From contig CAVOID010000007.1 in assembly GCA_963695875.1 (NCBI GenBank), forward strand, positions 98,918 through 162,917: a stretch of DNA of 64,000 nucleotides, written 5' to 3'. Made by a program: the position numbers and the translations under genes. Positions 1-10,311 of the stretch are shown in pieces; position 1 is the first letter of the stretch; the number at the start of each line of letters is the position of its first letter. A model generated the notes under the pieces. It was not told where the DNA came from and did no database searches. It worked only from the letters and a program-made list of their open reading frames with translations. The stretch is from an uncultured delta proteobacterium. GTDB taxonomy: Bacteria > Desulfobacterota > Syntrophia > Syntrophales > UBA2185.

Positions 1-148
1 TAGAGGGGAAGTTATATTTGTAAAAATACGCTCAAATGATTTAACCGTCAAGGGAAAAACTTCTTCGGGGAATTACTCCTCTTGCTGATTATCACTTGAT
101 GTGATGTATAAAAAGGCAGAAATTGAAAAACATCATTACAGGAAGCAG

Positions 149-281
149 TTGAATATCAGACCTAATTGAAGCTCTCCGCAGTAAACTGCGGAGAATCTCC
201 GATCCATAAGGAATAATAATGTTCCCCATTCGCTCGCTTACCCCGCAGCAAGCTTAGGGATTGCGCTCGCTGCCGGATTCA
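149..281. repeat. Palindromic intergenic repeat (REP/MITE-like) with two related hairpins
   Basis: Hairpin tctccgcag-taaa-ctgcggaga at ~173-193, degenerate second copy ccccgcagcaagcttaggga at ~241-260, repeated cgctcgct, ends ttgaa...ttca. Confidence 0.45.
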
Positions 282-296
282 TATAAATGATTCAAC

Positions 297-1172
297 ATGG
301 AAAATGTATGGATACTACTGGCGTTGATTGCCGCCCTCACTGGCGGAACTTGTGATGCCCTTACAAAGAAGGCTTTACAGCTTCATGATGAATACACAGT
401 CGCATGGTTACGCCAACTGGTTGTTGTCCTGCTTCTCTCGCCATGCCTCTTCTTTATTCCGATCCCGGCACTGGATGGAGATTTTTATAAAGCGTTCTTC
501 TCCGCATTGCCTTTTGAAGTAATTGCATATATCTTTTACATTAAAGCAATTAAAATATCCCCCCTCAGCCTTACGGTGCCGTTTCTGTCTTTAACACCTG
601 TCTGTCTGATCATTATACCTTACATCATGTTGGGAGAATTAGTATCTTTCTGGGGTGGCATCGGCATACTGATGATTGCTTTCGGAAGTTATACTCTGAA
701 TCTGAAAGAAATGAGCAAAGGATTTATGGAACCGATTAAGGCCATCGGGAAAGAAAAGGGTTCCGTCTTTATGATCATCGTCGCCATCCTTTATGGATTC
801 ACCAACACTTTTGGTAAACATGCTCTTAACCATTCATCTGCACTTTTTTTCGGGGTTACATACAATTTGGTATTTTTCATTGTGCTAAGCCCGGTCATTT
901 TCAAGGTTGGCAACATCTATTCACGTGGCTGCATCTGCAAAGAGTCTTTGAAAATCTCTGTTCTACCCGGAATCTTCGCAGCCATAACTGTGATCTTCTA
1001 TACCATTGCCATGAGTCTGGCTAATGTGGCCTACACGGTCGCTGTTTGTCGGCTAAGTCTCCTGGTCGGTGTGATCTACGGTCATTTTCTCTTTAAGGAA
1101 ACGGGCTTCAGAGAAAGACTGGTAGGCACGACTCTAATGCTTGCTGGATTTTTGATCATTGTGCTGGACTAA
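297..1172 (+). CDS. EamA/DMT-family transporter
   Basis: 291 aa, about 10 hydrophobic segments in two repeats; AIKISPLSLTVP, LGE and LFKE motifs typical of DMT. Confidence 0.85.
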   Translation: MENVWILLALIAALTGGTCDALTKKALQLHDEYTVAWLRQLVVVLLLSPCLFFIPIPALDGDFYKAFFSALPFEVIAYIFYIKAIKISPLSLTVPFLSLTPVCLIIIPYIMLGELVSFWGGIGILMIAFGSYTLNLKEMSKGFMEPIKAIGKEKGSVFMIIVAILYGFTNTFGKHALNHSSALFFGVTYNLVFFIVLSPVIFKVGNIYSRGCICKESLKISVLPGIFAAITVIFYTIAMSLANVAYTVAVCRLSLLVGVIYGHFLFKETGFRERLVGTTLMLAGFLIIVLD

Positions 1173-1244
1173 TGTTGACTGAGACAGGAAACAATTCTGC
1201 ACTAGAAAAAAAATGAACGATGCCGCAAATAGTTTCATTGAAGA

Positions 1245-1598
1245 TTATTCAAACAATATAATAGCAATAAGCTCAAGGTCTTTATCTCCATTGTTTTCAA
1301 CAGAATGAAACTCGCCATTGCCGGTACGAACCACATCACCTTTTCTTACTGTTACTCTGATACCATTATCATTTAGAATGCCTTCTCCTTCGAGGATATA
1401 GTACAGCTCAAAATCCCCCTCGTGTTTATGATATCCTATGGAATGTCCGGGGGCTATAACCTCTCTTACACAGAGCCGTCCCTTTCCCGACAATTCATCT
1501 TTTTCAAGCAGATGGAATAACTTTATGTTTCCTTTTCCTCCCTTCATTTCATGCATATGTTCTTCTCTTGTCTCATTTTTCCTTCTAATCATCTTCAC
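1245..1598 (-). CDS. Cupin domain protein
   Basis: Cupin motifs PGHSIGYHKHEGDFELYYILEGEG and GEFHSVEN. Confidence 0.9.
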   Translation of the reverse strand: MKMIRRKNETREEHMHEMKGGKGNIKLFHLLEKDELSGKGRLCVREVIAPGHSIGYHKHEGDFELYYILEGEGILNDNGIRVTVRKGDVVRTGNGEFHSVENNGDKDLELIAIILFE

Positions 1599-1639
1599 AT
1601 CACCTCTACCTTTCTATGGCAATTTTTTTACTAAATGGA

Positions 1640-1848
1640 TTGGTATGCACCCTTATCGGGCGGCTCTTCACGCGAGGGTGCTGATCATGGGCTGGCTGCT
1701 TGGACTTGCTTCAAGCACATTCGGAATTGCCGCCTCCTATAAATGGGATCTGCCGGTGGCTCCGGTCATCGTTGCTTCATTAAGTATACTTTTTTCAGTG
1801 GTTCTATTTGTCATATCAATATTCCGAAAGACCCAACAGTCGGACTGA
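1640..1848 (+). pseudogene. C-terminal remnant of a metal ABC transporter permease (ABC-3/ZnuB-like)
   Basis: GWLLGLASSTFGIAASYKWDLPVAPVIV resembles the last helices of ABC-3 permeases (G..xSY..DLP.G..IV); no N-terminal part present. Confidence 0.5.
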
Positions 1849-1937
1849 AGGATTAAAGATTGCCAGTTGTGATGTTGAATGGATGAGCTGCATCGAACGT
1901 GGGACACGACAGAAAGAAGCCGCTGAAACCCTATTTG

Positions 1938-2606
1938 TTATTTTTTCGTCATTTCCAGCAATCTGCGTCGATATAAGTAAACCAATAAATAAAAGACAGC
2001 TACGAGGCCCAAAATTATGAAAAGGACCACGATCCGCATGGTTCTGACACTATCTCCCGTCAGGGAAAGTAAAATGGTCCCGAATAACCGGCCAACGGTC
2101 GAAACAGCTATAAATATCCAGATATTCATCTGGCTTAAACCTATTATGTAACAAAGTGCGGCTTTAGGAAACCCGGGAATCAGAAAAAGAACAAAGCAAA
2201 CTAAAGGACCCCGCGCTTCTATGAAGTGATCATACCTCTCAATAATTGAAGGGTTTACGAGCCTTCTTACGAGCGGCATTCCGTATACCCGCGAGAGGAT
2301 AAAGGCTAACCATGAACCAATACTAAGACCAATTGTGGAATAGATTGTCCCGACTACGGGACCATAGAGATAGCCACCGATGAATCCGGAGATTTCGGCA
2401 GGTATTGCTCCCGCGACCAATACCTGGAAAATTTGGATAACAATGAAAACAAGATCATCATATGGATGAAAAGATTCAATGAAGGCGACCAGTTTTTGAT
2501 TATAATATGTAAAGTATGCGTAATAATGATAACTGAAGATTAGTTTAATACCGATGACCAAAAGCAATATTAGAATAAAAATCTTGATGATGAGGCGTTT
2601 ATTCAA
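1938..2606 (-). CDS. TVP38/TMEM64 (VTT/DedA-like) membrane protein
   Basis: IPAEISGFIGGYLYG...GLSIGSWLAFILSR...FLIPGFP pattern of the SNARE-associated/VTT domain. Confidence 0.85.
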   Translation of the reverse strand: MNKRLIIKIFILILLLVIGIKLIFSYHYYAYFTYYNQKLVAFIESFHPYDDLVFIVIQIFQVLVAGAIPAEISGFIGGYLYGPVVGTIYSTIGLSIGSWLAFILSRVYGMPLVRRLVNPSIIERYDHFIEARGPLVCFVLFLIPGFPKAALCYIIGLSQMNIWIFIAVSTVGRLFGTILLSLTGDSVRTMRIVVLFIILGLVAVFYLLVYLYRRRLLEMTKK

Positions 2607-2727
2607 CAGGTTTGTCCATGCATTTTGTTCATCGGATGTTCTGTCTTACAGCGACACAGTGGATAAAATAAGGGGCATGGATGAACTTTTTACTATCGAA
2701 CATGCCCCTAAACCAAACCGTATATTA

Positions 2728-2919
2728 TTATTTGTTTTCGCTTTTTTTAGCCTCTGAGGTGTCCTCCGGTATATGTTCCCGCTCATCCATGGCCTTTTTG
2801 AAACCCCTTATGGCCTTGCCGATAGAGTTCCCCAATTCAGGAAGTTTACCTGGACCAAAAATAATCAGGACGATAACCAGTATCACCAAAAGATGCATTG
2901 GTTGGAGAAGCCCACTCAT
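2728..2919 (-). CDS. tatA: Twin-arginine translocase subunit TatA/E
   Basis: N-terminal TM then [25 protein letters not shown]. Confidence 0.95.
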   Translation of the reverse strand: MSGLLQPMHLLVILVIVLIIFGPGKLPELGNSIGKAIRGFKKAMDEREHIPEDTSEAKKSENK

Positions 2920-3050
2920 TTTTGCCTCCTATGATAGTTTGTTAGACGCTTTTATAACATTTTCCTTGCACCGTCAAACTATCATGTTTGTCAAAAGGCC
3001 TGTAAAATTTCCGCATGAAAAGACATAGTTCTGATTAATAGAAATCAATT

Positions 3051-5984
3051 CTATTCAGCAAAAGGCTTTTCAGTGGCTGCCCGGGCCGCGGCTTCGAGGA
3101 CAATTGCCACCACAGCAGCCCCATAATCAAGGTCAATGTTTGCCACCGTATCATGACTGTCATGATATCCTTTACGGCTGATGTCATAATCTTCCATGAA
3201 AAGAACTACCGGTATACCCGCATCCGAGAAAATCTGGGCGTCGGTATTATAAAGAGTACTCTTGGGATCACAAGGCAAACGAATTTCGCCATCAAGTTTC
3301 AGGTGTGACGCAATTTCCGGGACCGTCTTTCCATCGGAACTTCGTTTTCCTCGAGTACATCTGCGACGGGACGGCCTCACATTCCAAATATCAGTAGAGG
3401 CGTTCCATAGTTCGTTGGCCACATGGGCTTGATAGGCTAACCACAATGATCCCGCCCCCATTCCCGGAGATATTTGAAATTTGTCACGTTCACTGTCATT
3501 GTTATGTGCAACCATATCAAGAATAAACACGCCCTGAATTTGAACACCTGACAGATCTTTTTCTCTATCTTTTGATAAGCGTAATTTCAATGTACCCTCT
3601 ATAATCTGTTGGCAGAGATTGCGTGCCCCGAGACAGTCTGATGGAAATTCCTCGCCGGTCAAATGAATAAGCCAGATGTCGCAGCCGAGCTTTCCCTCCC
3701 GGCTGAGTTCGCAAAAGATCGGAGCGGCACGCATCAGCGCAGCGGTTGCGGAGTGGTTATCATCTGCCCCGGCCGACGCAAGACGCGCGCCGGAACCACC
3801 TTGTTCCTTATAATAAATATCTTCCATGTATGCCGTGTCATAATGATCCGCCATGATAACCGCACGATGGCGATCACGTCCTGGAATCACCATTAGGAGA
3901 TTACGTTCCTCAAGCCGTCCCAGCTGGTTATTTGCCCAACCTCCCCACCAGTCAAAGTCAAAATCAGTTTTCCATCGGAAAGGCAGGTCTCCGACTAGTG
4001 CCTTTCCCTGCATTCCGCATTCAGCGATGACCCGCCTATAGTAGGTAAGCAAGTAATTCCCAAGTCCTTCCAGGTCTCGATGATGATGCTTCAACATCCT
4101 TTGAGTAACAGTGTCCAGGATGCAGTCAGAATTGGCTTTATTCGTATATTCACCTGTCGACAGATGAAGGATATCCCTCCAATATCTCACTTCAAAAGAA
4201 CGAACAGCGGTACGGATAAAAGTCAGCGAGGACAGCAGTCTTTTTCTTCCCGAAATTGGCAGATTCGGCTTTTTGTGTTCGATCTGATCCTGCAATTGAT
4301 TGGCGAGCATTTGACCTTTTTCTTTATTGCCCGCAATCTCCGGCAAAGATTTGAGCCATGCATCAAGAGTCCTATTTTCCGGCAGCATCAATATCTGTCT
4401 TGCAAAAGTGCAAGGAAGCTTTCTATTGCCGATGAGGTCGTGCGCTTCCAACAGATTCAGCGCTCTTGTAACTGTCTTTTGCTCATGTTTTTTATCTTTG
4501 AAAAGTTCAATGACGGCCATGTGTGTGTTTCGTTCGTAAAGGCTCGGCCAGAGTTCGATTGGATTATCTAAATCAACACGCTGCTTCGCGTTATAGGCGG
4601 TAAGATATCCCATAAGAGTGTCATGTAACACGGCCGGCTTATCCGTATTGTGGGGCATGTACGCTATGAGGGGGCGATGCCAGTAGACTTGGTATGATCC
4701 TATGCACATCGGCGGATATTGAAATCTGTATCCGAACATGCCACCTCGATTGACTGACTTGACGGCAGCATCAATTTCGGCTCTGGTCGCATCTGGGCCA
4801 TCGAGCAATAGCTGATAGTCCTGAGTCCAGATCTGGCTGTTGCGCGCCATGGGCTTGCCGTACAGATCCAGGTCTTTTGGATTCGTGCTGAAAAGCACGT
4901 TGGCGATATGATCCTGACGTCCGGGAGTCGCAAGCTCATCTTCGTAACGGTGCACCTTTGCCCAGCGATGGGTTCGCCGGAAGGTACTTCTAATCGGTCC
5001 AAAATCTTCATTGGGCAAAGGATGGTCTTGCCGTGGTATATGCAGCCAACCGGATTGAGGCACACGAAGTCCATAAGGAGACTCATGACGCTCCACAAGA
5101 TTCAACAAGGGAATCTGATTGGCCATCGCTAATTCACGCTGCATTTTGATATAACCGGGGACACCCCAAAAAAGCAAGCTACCCGGGAAAGGCAACAAGT
5201 TTAGTTCCCCCGCGAAATAAGCCCTTTTCAAATCCGCTGGAAGCAATCTCGAATGGTTCAAAGTTCAAGAGATATTTAACACCTTTCAGCGACATTCCCC
5301 GACGCCAGACCAAGGGCGCTGCCCAGACTGGCCGCAGATTATTGTGTGGATCATCATCCCCAACAAAAATGCGGAAGCCGGTACGCATGGAGATCAGATA
5401 ATTTATCGAAAGGTTCGCCGTAGGCAGCATGGAGAAGCGTTCTGATGAAATCCATTGCTCTTTCTGAGGGGAGCTCACTGCCGGTGGGCATGAAAGAAAC
5501 TCTTCCAGAAAGGACGGACGGGCCCCTGTTCACTGCCGCCAAAGAATGTCCACCGTCTCCTGCCTTTGTCGTCATGGGTGAGGGAAAGAGCAAGTGGCAG
5601 AAGCAAAACGAAGCGTTCATGATTTAACGCTCCTGCCTGCTTCGCAAGCTCCGGGGGCCAGTAGGGATTATTGACTAGTTTGTTCTTGGCAAGGTGTTTA
5701 GTGGCTTCGCCGCGAGTCAGATGAACCAGAGACTCCAAAACCTGATGGGCGATATTTTCCAGCCCCGGGCGCAATTCGTAACACTCTTCAAACTCTGTGA
5801 CCGGGAAACCATAAGGGTTCTCTTCAGAGAAGAAGCCGTATGCCCTTCCACCATAAGGTCTGCAGCCCAAATGGATCGACGGCATAAACTCCGAATAAGC
5901 TGCTATCGGATATTGCCCTTGTCCTCTGAACGAACAACTTTCTATTAGATTCTTCAAACCCAGGGGTGGCATGTTATTTTTCAT
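3051..5984 (-). CDS. Large (~980 aa) M28-family metallopeptidase with long unassigned N-terminal region; about 3 apparent frameshifts
   Basis: M28 zinc motifs ADHYD, GADDNHSA, TGEE, LDMV, GYHDSHD in the C-terminal part; ORF pieces 5475-5984, 5354-5620, 5179-5478 and 3051-5261 join across single-base shifts. Confidence 0.75.
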
Positions 5985-6066
5985 GTGGCAACATTTGCAG
6001 ATTGAAACTGGATCAACCCGGCAATGGATTGAAAGATGGGCTTGCAGGTGATTCGGTTTCCTGTAT

Positions 6067-6588
6067 TTAAGTCAGTTCTTTCGAGAACACCAGCTTATCA
6101 TCACCGACTCGGTAAAAATTTTTGATACGCGCCGCCAGGTGGTAGCCGTTCTTCTCGTAAAAACGAATGGTGTCGCTATAAGTTTCCTGCGATGACGTCT
6201 CGATGAGGAGCATGCGCCCACCCCGTTTTGTTACATCACGCTCAACATACTCAAGCAAATACCGTCCATGTCCCTTCCTCTGTGCTGCCGGATCGACTAC
6301 AATCCAGTATAAATCATACACTCCCTGCGTGAGGGGAGTTGGACCATAACAGGCAAACCCATGTAACACAGGATGCTCTTTCCCGTATTCAAGCACAACA
6401 AAGATATAGTCACTCTCATCTCCCTCTTTCAGGGCGTCATCAGCCAGTTCCAGTGCGGTCTCTATCTCGACGTCGTTGAATTTACCTGATGAAACAACCA
6501 TCTCTTCGATTCGGGATCGATCGCGCGGTTCCAGCTGACGGATATGTTCCTTTCGATTCATCTGGTTTTCTTTCGTATACTGTTGCAT
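6067..6588 (-). CDS. GNAT-family N-acetyltransferase
   Basis: Acetyl-CoA motif VDPAAQRKGHG and FYEKNGY. Confidence 0.9.
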   Translation of the reverse strand: MQQYTKENQMNRKEHIRQLEPRDRSRIEEMVVSSGKFNDVEIETALELADDALKEGDESDYIFVVLEYGKEHPVLHGFACYGPTPLTQGVYDLYWIVVDPAAQRKGHGRYLLEYVERDVTKRGGRMLLIETSSQETYSDTIRFYEKNGYHLAARIKNFYRVGDDKLVFSKELT

Positions 6589-6790
6589 GCGGCTCTAGTC
6601 CTTGCGCTTATCCTCTTTTTTCACGCCCAATTTTGTTTCGAGTAAGTTTATAGCATGCAAAATTATATAAGCCTCATCTTTTGTCTGTATGTCAATTCAA
6701 GTTAAAAGAAATACCTACTAATGTTGAAGGTCGTTAGTCGATGAGTACTGCAGATAATTGGCAGAAATATATAATCGGCCGTAAACTGGC

Positions 6791-7360
6791 TCACTTCTTT
6801 TTTGCGAGCCCAGGATATAGTTTATCCTTACATTCCGGACAAATACTGTGGCTAAATTCCGCATCTGTATTATCAATAATGAAGAGCTCTATCTGCTTCC
6901 AGTCACCAGTATCGTCACGAATTTTTTTGCAGGAAGAACAAATGGGTAACAGGCCACTTAATGTTTTTATCTCATCAAGTGCCTTCTGAAGCTGGACTAT
7001 AAGTAATTTGTTATTATCCGAAATAATTTTCTCCTCAGATATCAAGTAAACAACGACTATGAAAAAGCCAAAATGGACAAAAATATTCCAAGATTCAATC
7101 AAATAATTTTGAATAACTTTTCCAGCAAAAAGATTTGCAGTCATTATCGTTGCCGTGCTGATAACCGACATAATAATTCCGGTATTTCTGTTGATAATCC
7201 AAGTTATAAGACTAATAGGTATTAAATAAAAGACTTCAATTCCTATTTGGTAACCTGTTAAATAATCTATAACACCTATAATCAAATTCAACAGAAGACC
7301 AATAACCCAAATAAATGATCGTGGCTTCTTTAAAAGATAGTCAATGAAATACATATTCAC
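6791..7360 (-). CDS. Membrane protein (about 4 TM, DUF4118-like) with C-terminal CxxC...CxxC domain
   Basis: Hydrophobic N-terminus (IDYLTG...FYLIPI), short coil, then LLPICSSCKKIRDD...FSHSICPEC. Confidence 0.75.
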   Translation of the reverse strand: MNMYFIDYLLKKPRSFIWVIGLLLNLIIGVIDYLTGYQIGIEVFYLIPISLITWIINRNTGIIMSVISTATIMTANLFAGKVIQNYLIESWNIFVHFGFFIVVVYLISEEKIISDNNKLLIVQLQKALDEIKTLSGLLPICSSCKKIRDDTGDWKQIELFIIDNTDAEFSHSICPECKDKLYPGLAKKK

Positions 7361-7611
7361 TGTTTCATTATTGCAGGTTATTACGAATTACTACTAATAA
7401 TTTCGCACACATTCCTAAATTCTTCAAATGAAGAGTTCAGGAGGTACGTGATTGGGACTGGGCCAGCGTGATCTCTTAAGAAGTGCAGCATGCGCACCTG
7501 TGCGGCATGTGAAGATTATGAAGAATCTTTTATCAATTCGGGTTTCGCCATGGACTGCCTTTTTCAAACATCAGCTCTTTATTTTTTTGCTTTCCGGAGC
7601 CTGATCCGCTA

Positions 7612-9948
7612 TCAAGAATTCATGGCAATAAGACGTCTTCCTTCCGCCGAAAGGGCCGCTTCAATATATTCAAAACCCGTAAGACAATTCCGGCGTTCAA
7701 CCACTATGACTTTTATTTGCGAGTTCTGCAGAAGCTTCATCAACTTCGGGAGATGGCGAGAACCAATCTCTGTGACAGTTGTTCCGACTTTAATGTCGTG
7801 CAGGTTAGCATATCGCACGGCCTTGGCCATCTGACGGCTTAAATCGGCTCTTTGATCTTCCAATGGCACTCTTGCATAGATGACGGCATTCTCACTTTCC
7901 TCACTGACCTTCGATGCTGTTTCCGCTCTGGCCTTGGCTTCAGCTTCTGCCTCTTCTCTTGCCTTCAACGCGGCGGCCAGCCGCTCAATTTCTTCCGCTT
8001 TAGCTCTGGCTTCTGTCTCCGCCTTGAACCTGGCTTCCTCTTCCGCCCTGAGCCTTGCCTCCACCTCCGCCTTAGCTATCGCTTCTTCCTTTGCTCTCCT
8101 TTCAGTCTCCTCCCTTGCTTTCGCCTCTTCTGTCAATCGTGCTTCTATCCGAGCCCTCACTTTAGCGTCAGCTTCTTCTCTCACCTTCAACTCGGCCATC
8201 AGCCATTCGACTTCTTCCGCCTTTAGACTGAGTTCTGACTCCGTTCTGGCCTTCGCTTCAGTTTCTGCTTCGTCTCTCACTTTCAACTCGGCCGCCAATC
8301 GGGCCACCTCACCCGCTTTAGCACTAGCTTCTATCTCTGCCTTGAGCCTGGCTTCCTCTTCCGCCCTGAGCCTAATTTCTGCCTCTAACCTGGTTCTTGC
8401 TTCTTCCTTTGCTCTCCTTTCCGCTTCTTCCCTTGTCCTCGTCTCTTCTGTCAATCGTGCTTCTATCCCAGCCCTCACATTAGCTTCTGCTTCTTCTCTT
8501 GCTTTAAACTCGGACACCAGCCGCTCGATTTCTTCCGTTTTAGTCCTGGATTCTATCTCTGCCTTGAGCCCTGGCTTTCGCTTCCTCCCTTGCCCTCGTC
8601 TCTTCTGTCAATCGTGCTTCTACCCCAGCCCTCACTTTAGTTTCCGCTTCTTCTCTTGCTTTAAGCTCGGCCGCCAGCCGCTCGACTTTTTCCGCTTTAT
8701 CCCTGGCTTCCATTTCAGCATTAAGCCTGGTTATCTCTTCCGCCCTGAGCCTGATTTCTGCCTCTTCTCTTGCCTTCAACTCGGCCGCCAATCGGGCCAC
8801 CACGTCCGCTTTAGCACTGTCCTCCATCTTTGTTCTGAGTCCGTCTTCCACTTCCGCCCTGAGCCTAGCCTCCGCCTCCGCCCTGGCTTTCGCTTCCTCC
8901 GTTGCTCTTCTTTCAGCCTGCTCCCTTGCGCTCGTTTCTTCTGCCAGCCGTGCCTCTACTTCAGCCCTTACTTTAGCTTCCGCTTCTTCCCTTGCCTTCA
9001 ACTCGGCCACCAGCCGTTCGACTTCTCCCGCTTTAGTCCATGCTTCTATCTCTGCATTAAGCCTGGTTATTTCTTCCGCCTTTAGCCTAATTTCTGTTTC
9101 TTCTTTTGCCTTCAGCTCGTCTGCCAACCGTGCTTCTACTTCAGCCCTAACTTTAGCTTCCGCTTCTTCTCTTGCCTTCAACTCGGCTACCAGGCGTTCG
9201 ACTTCTTCCGTCTTAGTTCTGGCCTCTGTCTCTGTCTGAGCCTGGCTATCGCTTCCTCCCTTGCTTTAGTCTCTTCTGCCAACCGCACTTCTACTTCAGC
9301 CCTTAATTTAGCTTCCACCTCTTCTCTTGTCTTCAACACGGCTGCCAATCGGGCTACCTCGCCCGCTTTAGCACTGGCCTCCATCTTTGTTCTGAGTCCG
9401 GCTACCTTTTCCGCCCGTGCTCTCCTTTCCGCTTCCTCCCTTGCTTTAGTCTCCTCTGCCAACCGCACTTCTACTTCAGCCCTTACTTTAGCTTCCGCTT
9501 CTCCTCTTGCCTTAAACTCGGACACCAGCCGCTCGATTTCTTCCGTTTTGGTCCTGGCTTCTATCTCTGCATTAAGCCTGGCTTCCTCTTCCGCCTTGAG
9601 CCTAATTTCTGCCTTCGCTCTAGCCTTCGCTTCCTCCGTTGCTCTCCTTTCCGCTTCCTTCCTTGCTCTCGCCTCTTCTGCCAATCGTGCTTCTACTTCA
9701 GTCCTCACTTTAGCTTCTGCTTCTTCTCTTGCTTTAAATTCGGACATCAGCCGTTCGACTTCTTCCACCTTGGTTCTGGCTTCCATCTCTGCCGTGAGCC
9801 TGGCTTCCTTTGCTGCCCATGTCTTTTTGCTCGTGACTACTTCTGTCTTTTCGTATTGAGCCGATTCAGAAATTATAACATTTAGTTCATCCAAGAGCAT
9901 TCTATCACTTAGTGGGAGCCAGTTATTGCATGTATCCGTTTTTAACAT
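7612..9948 (-). CDS. ~780-aa E/A/R/K repeat (SAH/coiled-coil) protein fused to an inactivated IS607-type serine recombinase core; two compensating frameshifts
   Basis: ORFs 9187-9948, 8540-9181 and 7612-8517 share the repeat; a missing A near 9237 and an extra G near 8570 account for the frame breaks; C-terminus VIYARVP..DQRADLSRQ..VTEIGS..KLMKLL..IVVERRNCL.GFEYIEAALSAEGR. Confidence 0.75.
7900..9810 (-). repeat. Intragenic imperfect tandem repeat, full unit about 75 aa / 225 nt with modular deletions
   Basis: Recurring ELKAREEAEAKVRAEVEARLAEETKAREEAERRA..EEA.AR..AE.RL.AEEEARL.AEIEARTK.EE.ERL at protein and DNA level. Confidence 0.9.
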
Positions 9949-10021
9949 ATATTTCCCTTCTTTAATTCAGCTTTTAACCCTTTAATCATACAGGTTATGA
10001 CTTTACATAGGTTAACAGTAT

Positions 10022-10055
10022 AAAAAACCCCGCACTCTTCTGAGAAACGGGGTTT
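10022..10055 (-). terminator. Rho-independent terminator in the leader of the repeat-protein gene
   Basis: Minus strand aaaccccg-tttctcagaagagtg-cggggtttttt: GC stem plus U-tract, about 75 nt upstream of the ATG at 9948. Confidence 0.65.
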
Positions 10056-10311
10056 AACTAATTAATCCATAGCACCCTCATGCGGGGTTAATAATTAAAA
10101 AATATAATCTGTTGAAAACGTATTTTTATTATCACGCTTTCTCGATGAAATCTACTATAAAAGAAAAATCACGGTAGCAATAATTACAGGAAACACTAAA
10201 AAAGACTTTCTCGATCAATTGCCCGGAATGAGCTGATGGTGCTACTTTAGCCCAATCGACAGTGACGGATAAGCTTCGCGAAGTTCATGGAGCTAATCCC
10301 GGAAAATGTAA

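Noticed and set aside
7370-7893. Active IS607 element
   Set aside because: No catalytic Ser, no HTH, no tnpB and no recognisable ends.
7900-9810. Repeat region as a CRISPR array
   Set aside because: Repeats are in-frame coding units of variable length without unique spacers; no cas genes.
7852-9859. Long + strand Ser/Ala/Leu-rich ORFs (7880-9085, 9548-9859)
   Set aside because: Antisense shadows of the E/A/R/K repeat gene, whose codons give few stops on the opposite strand.
10217-10247. Fluoride-riboswitch-like 3' segment (attgcccggaatgagctgatggtgctac)
   Set aside because: No matching 5' GGxGAUG stem or pseudoknot partner and no downstream + strand gene.
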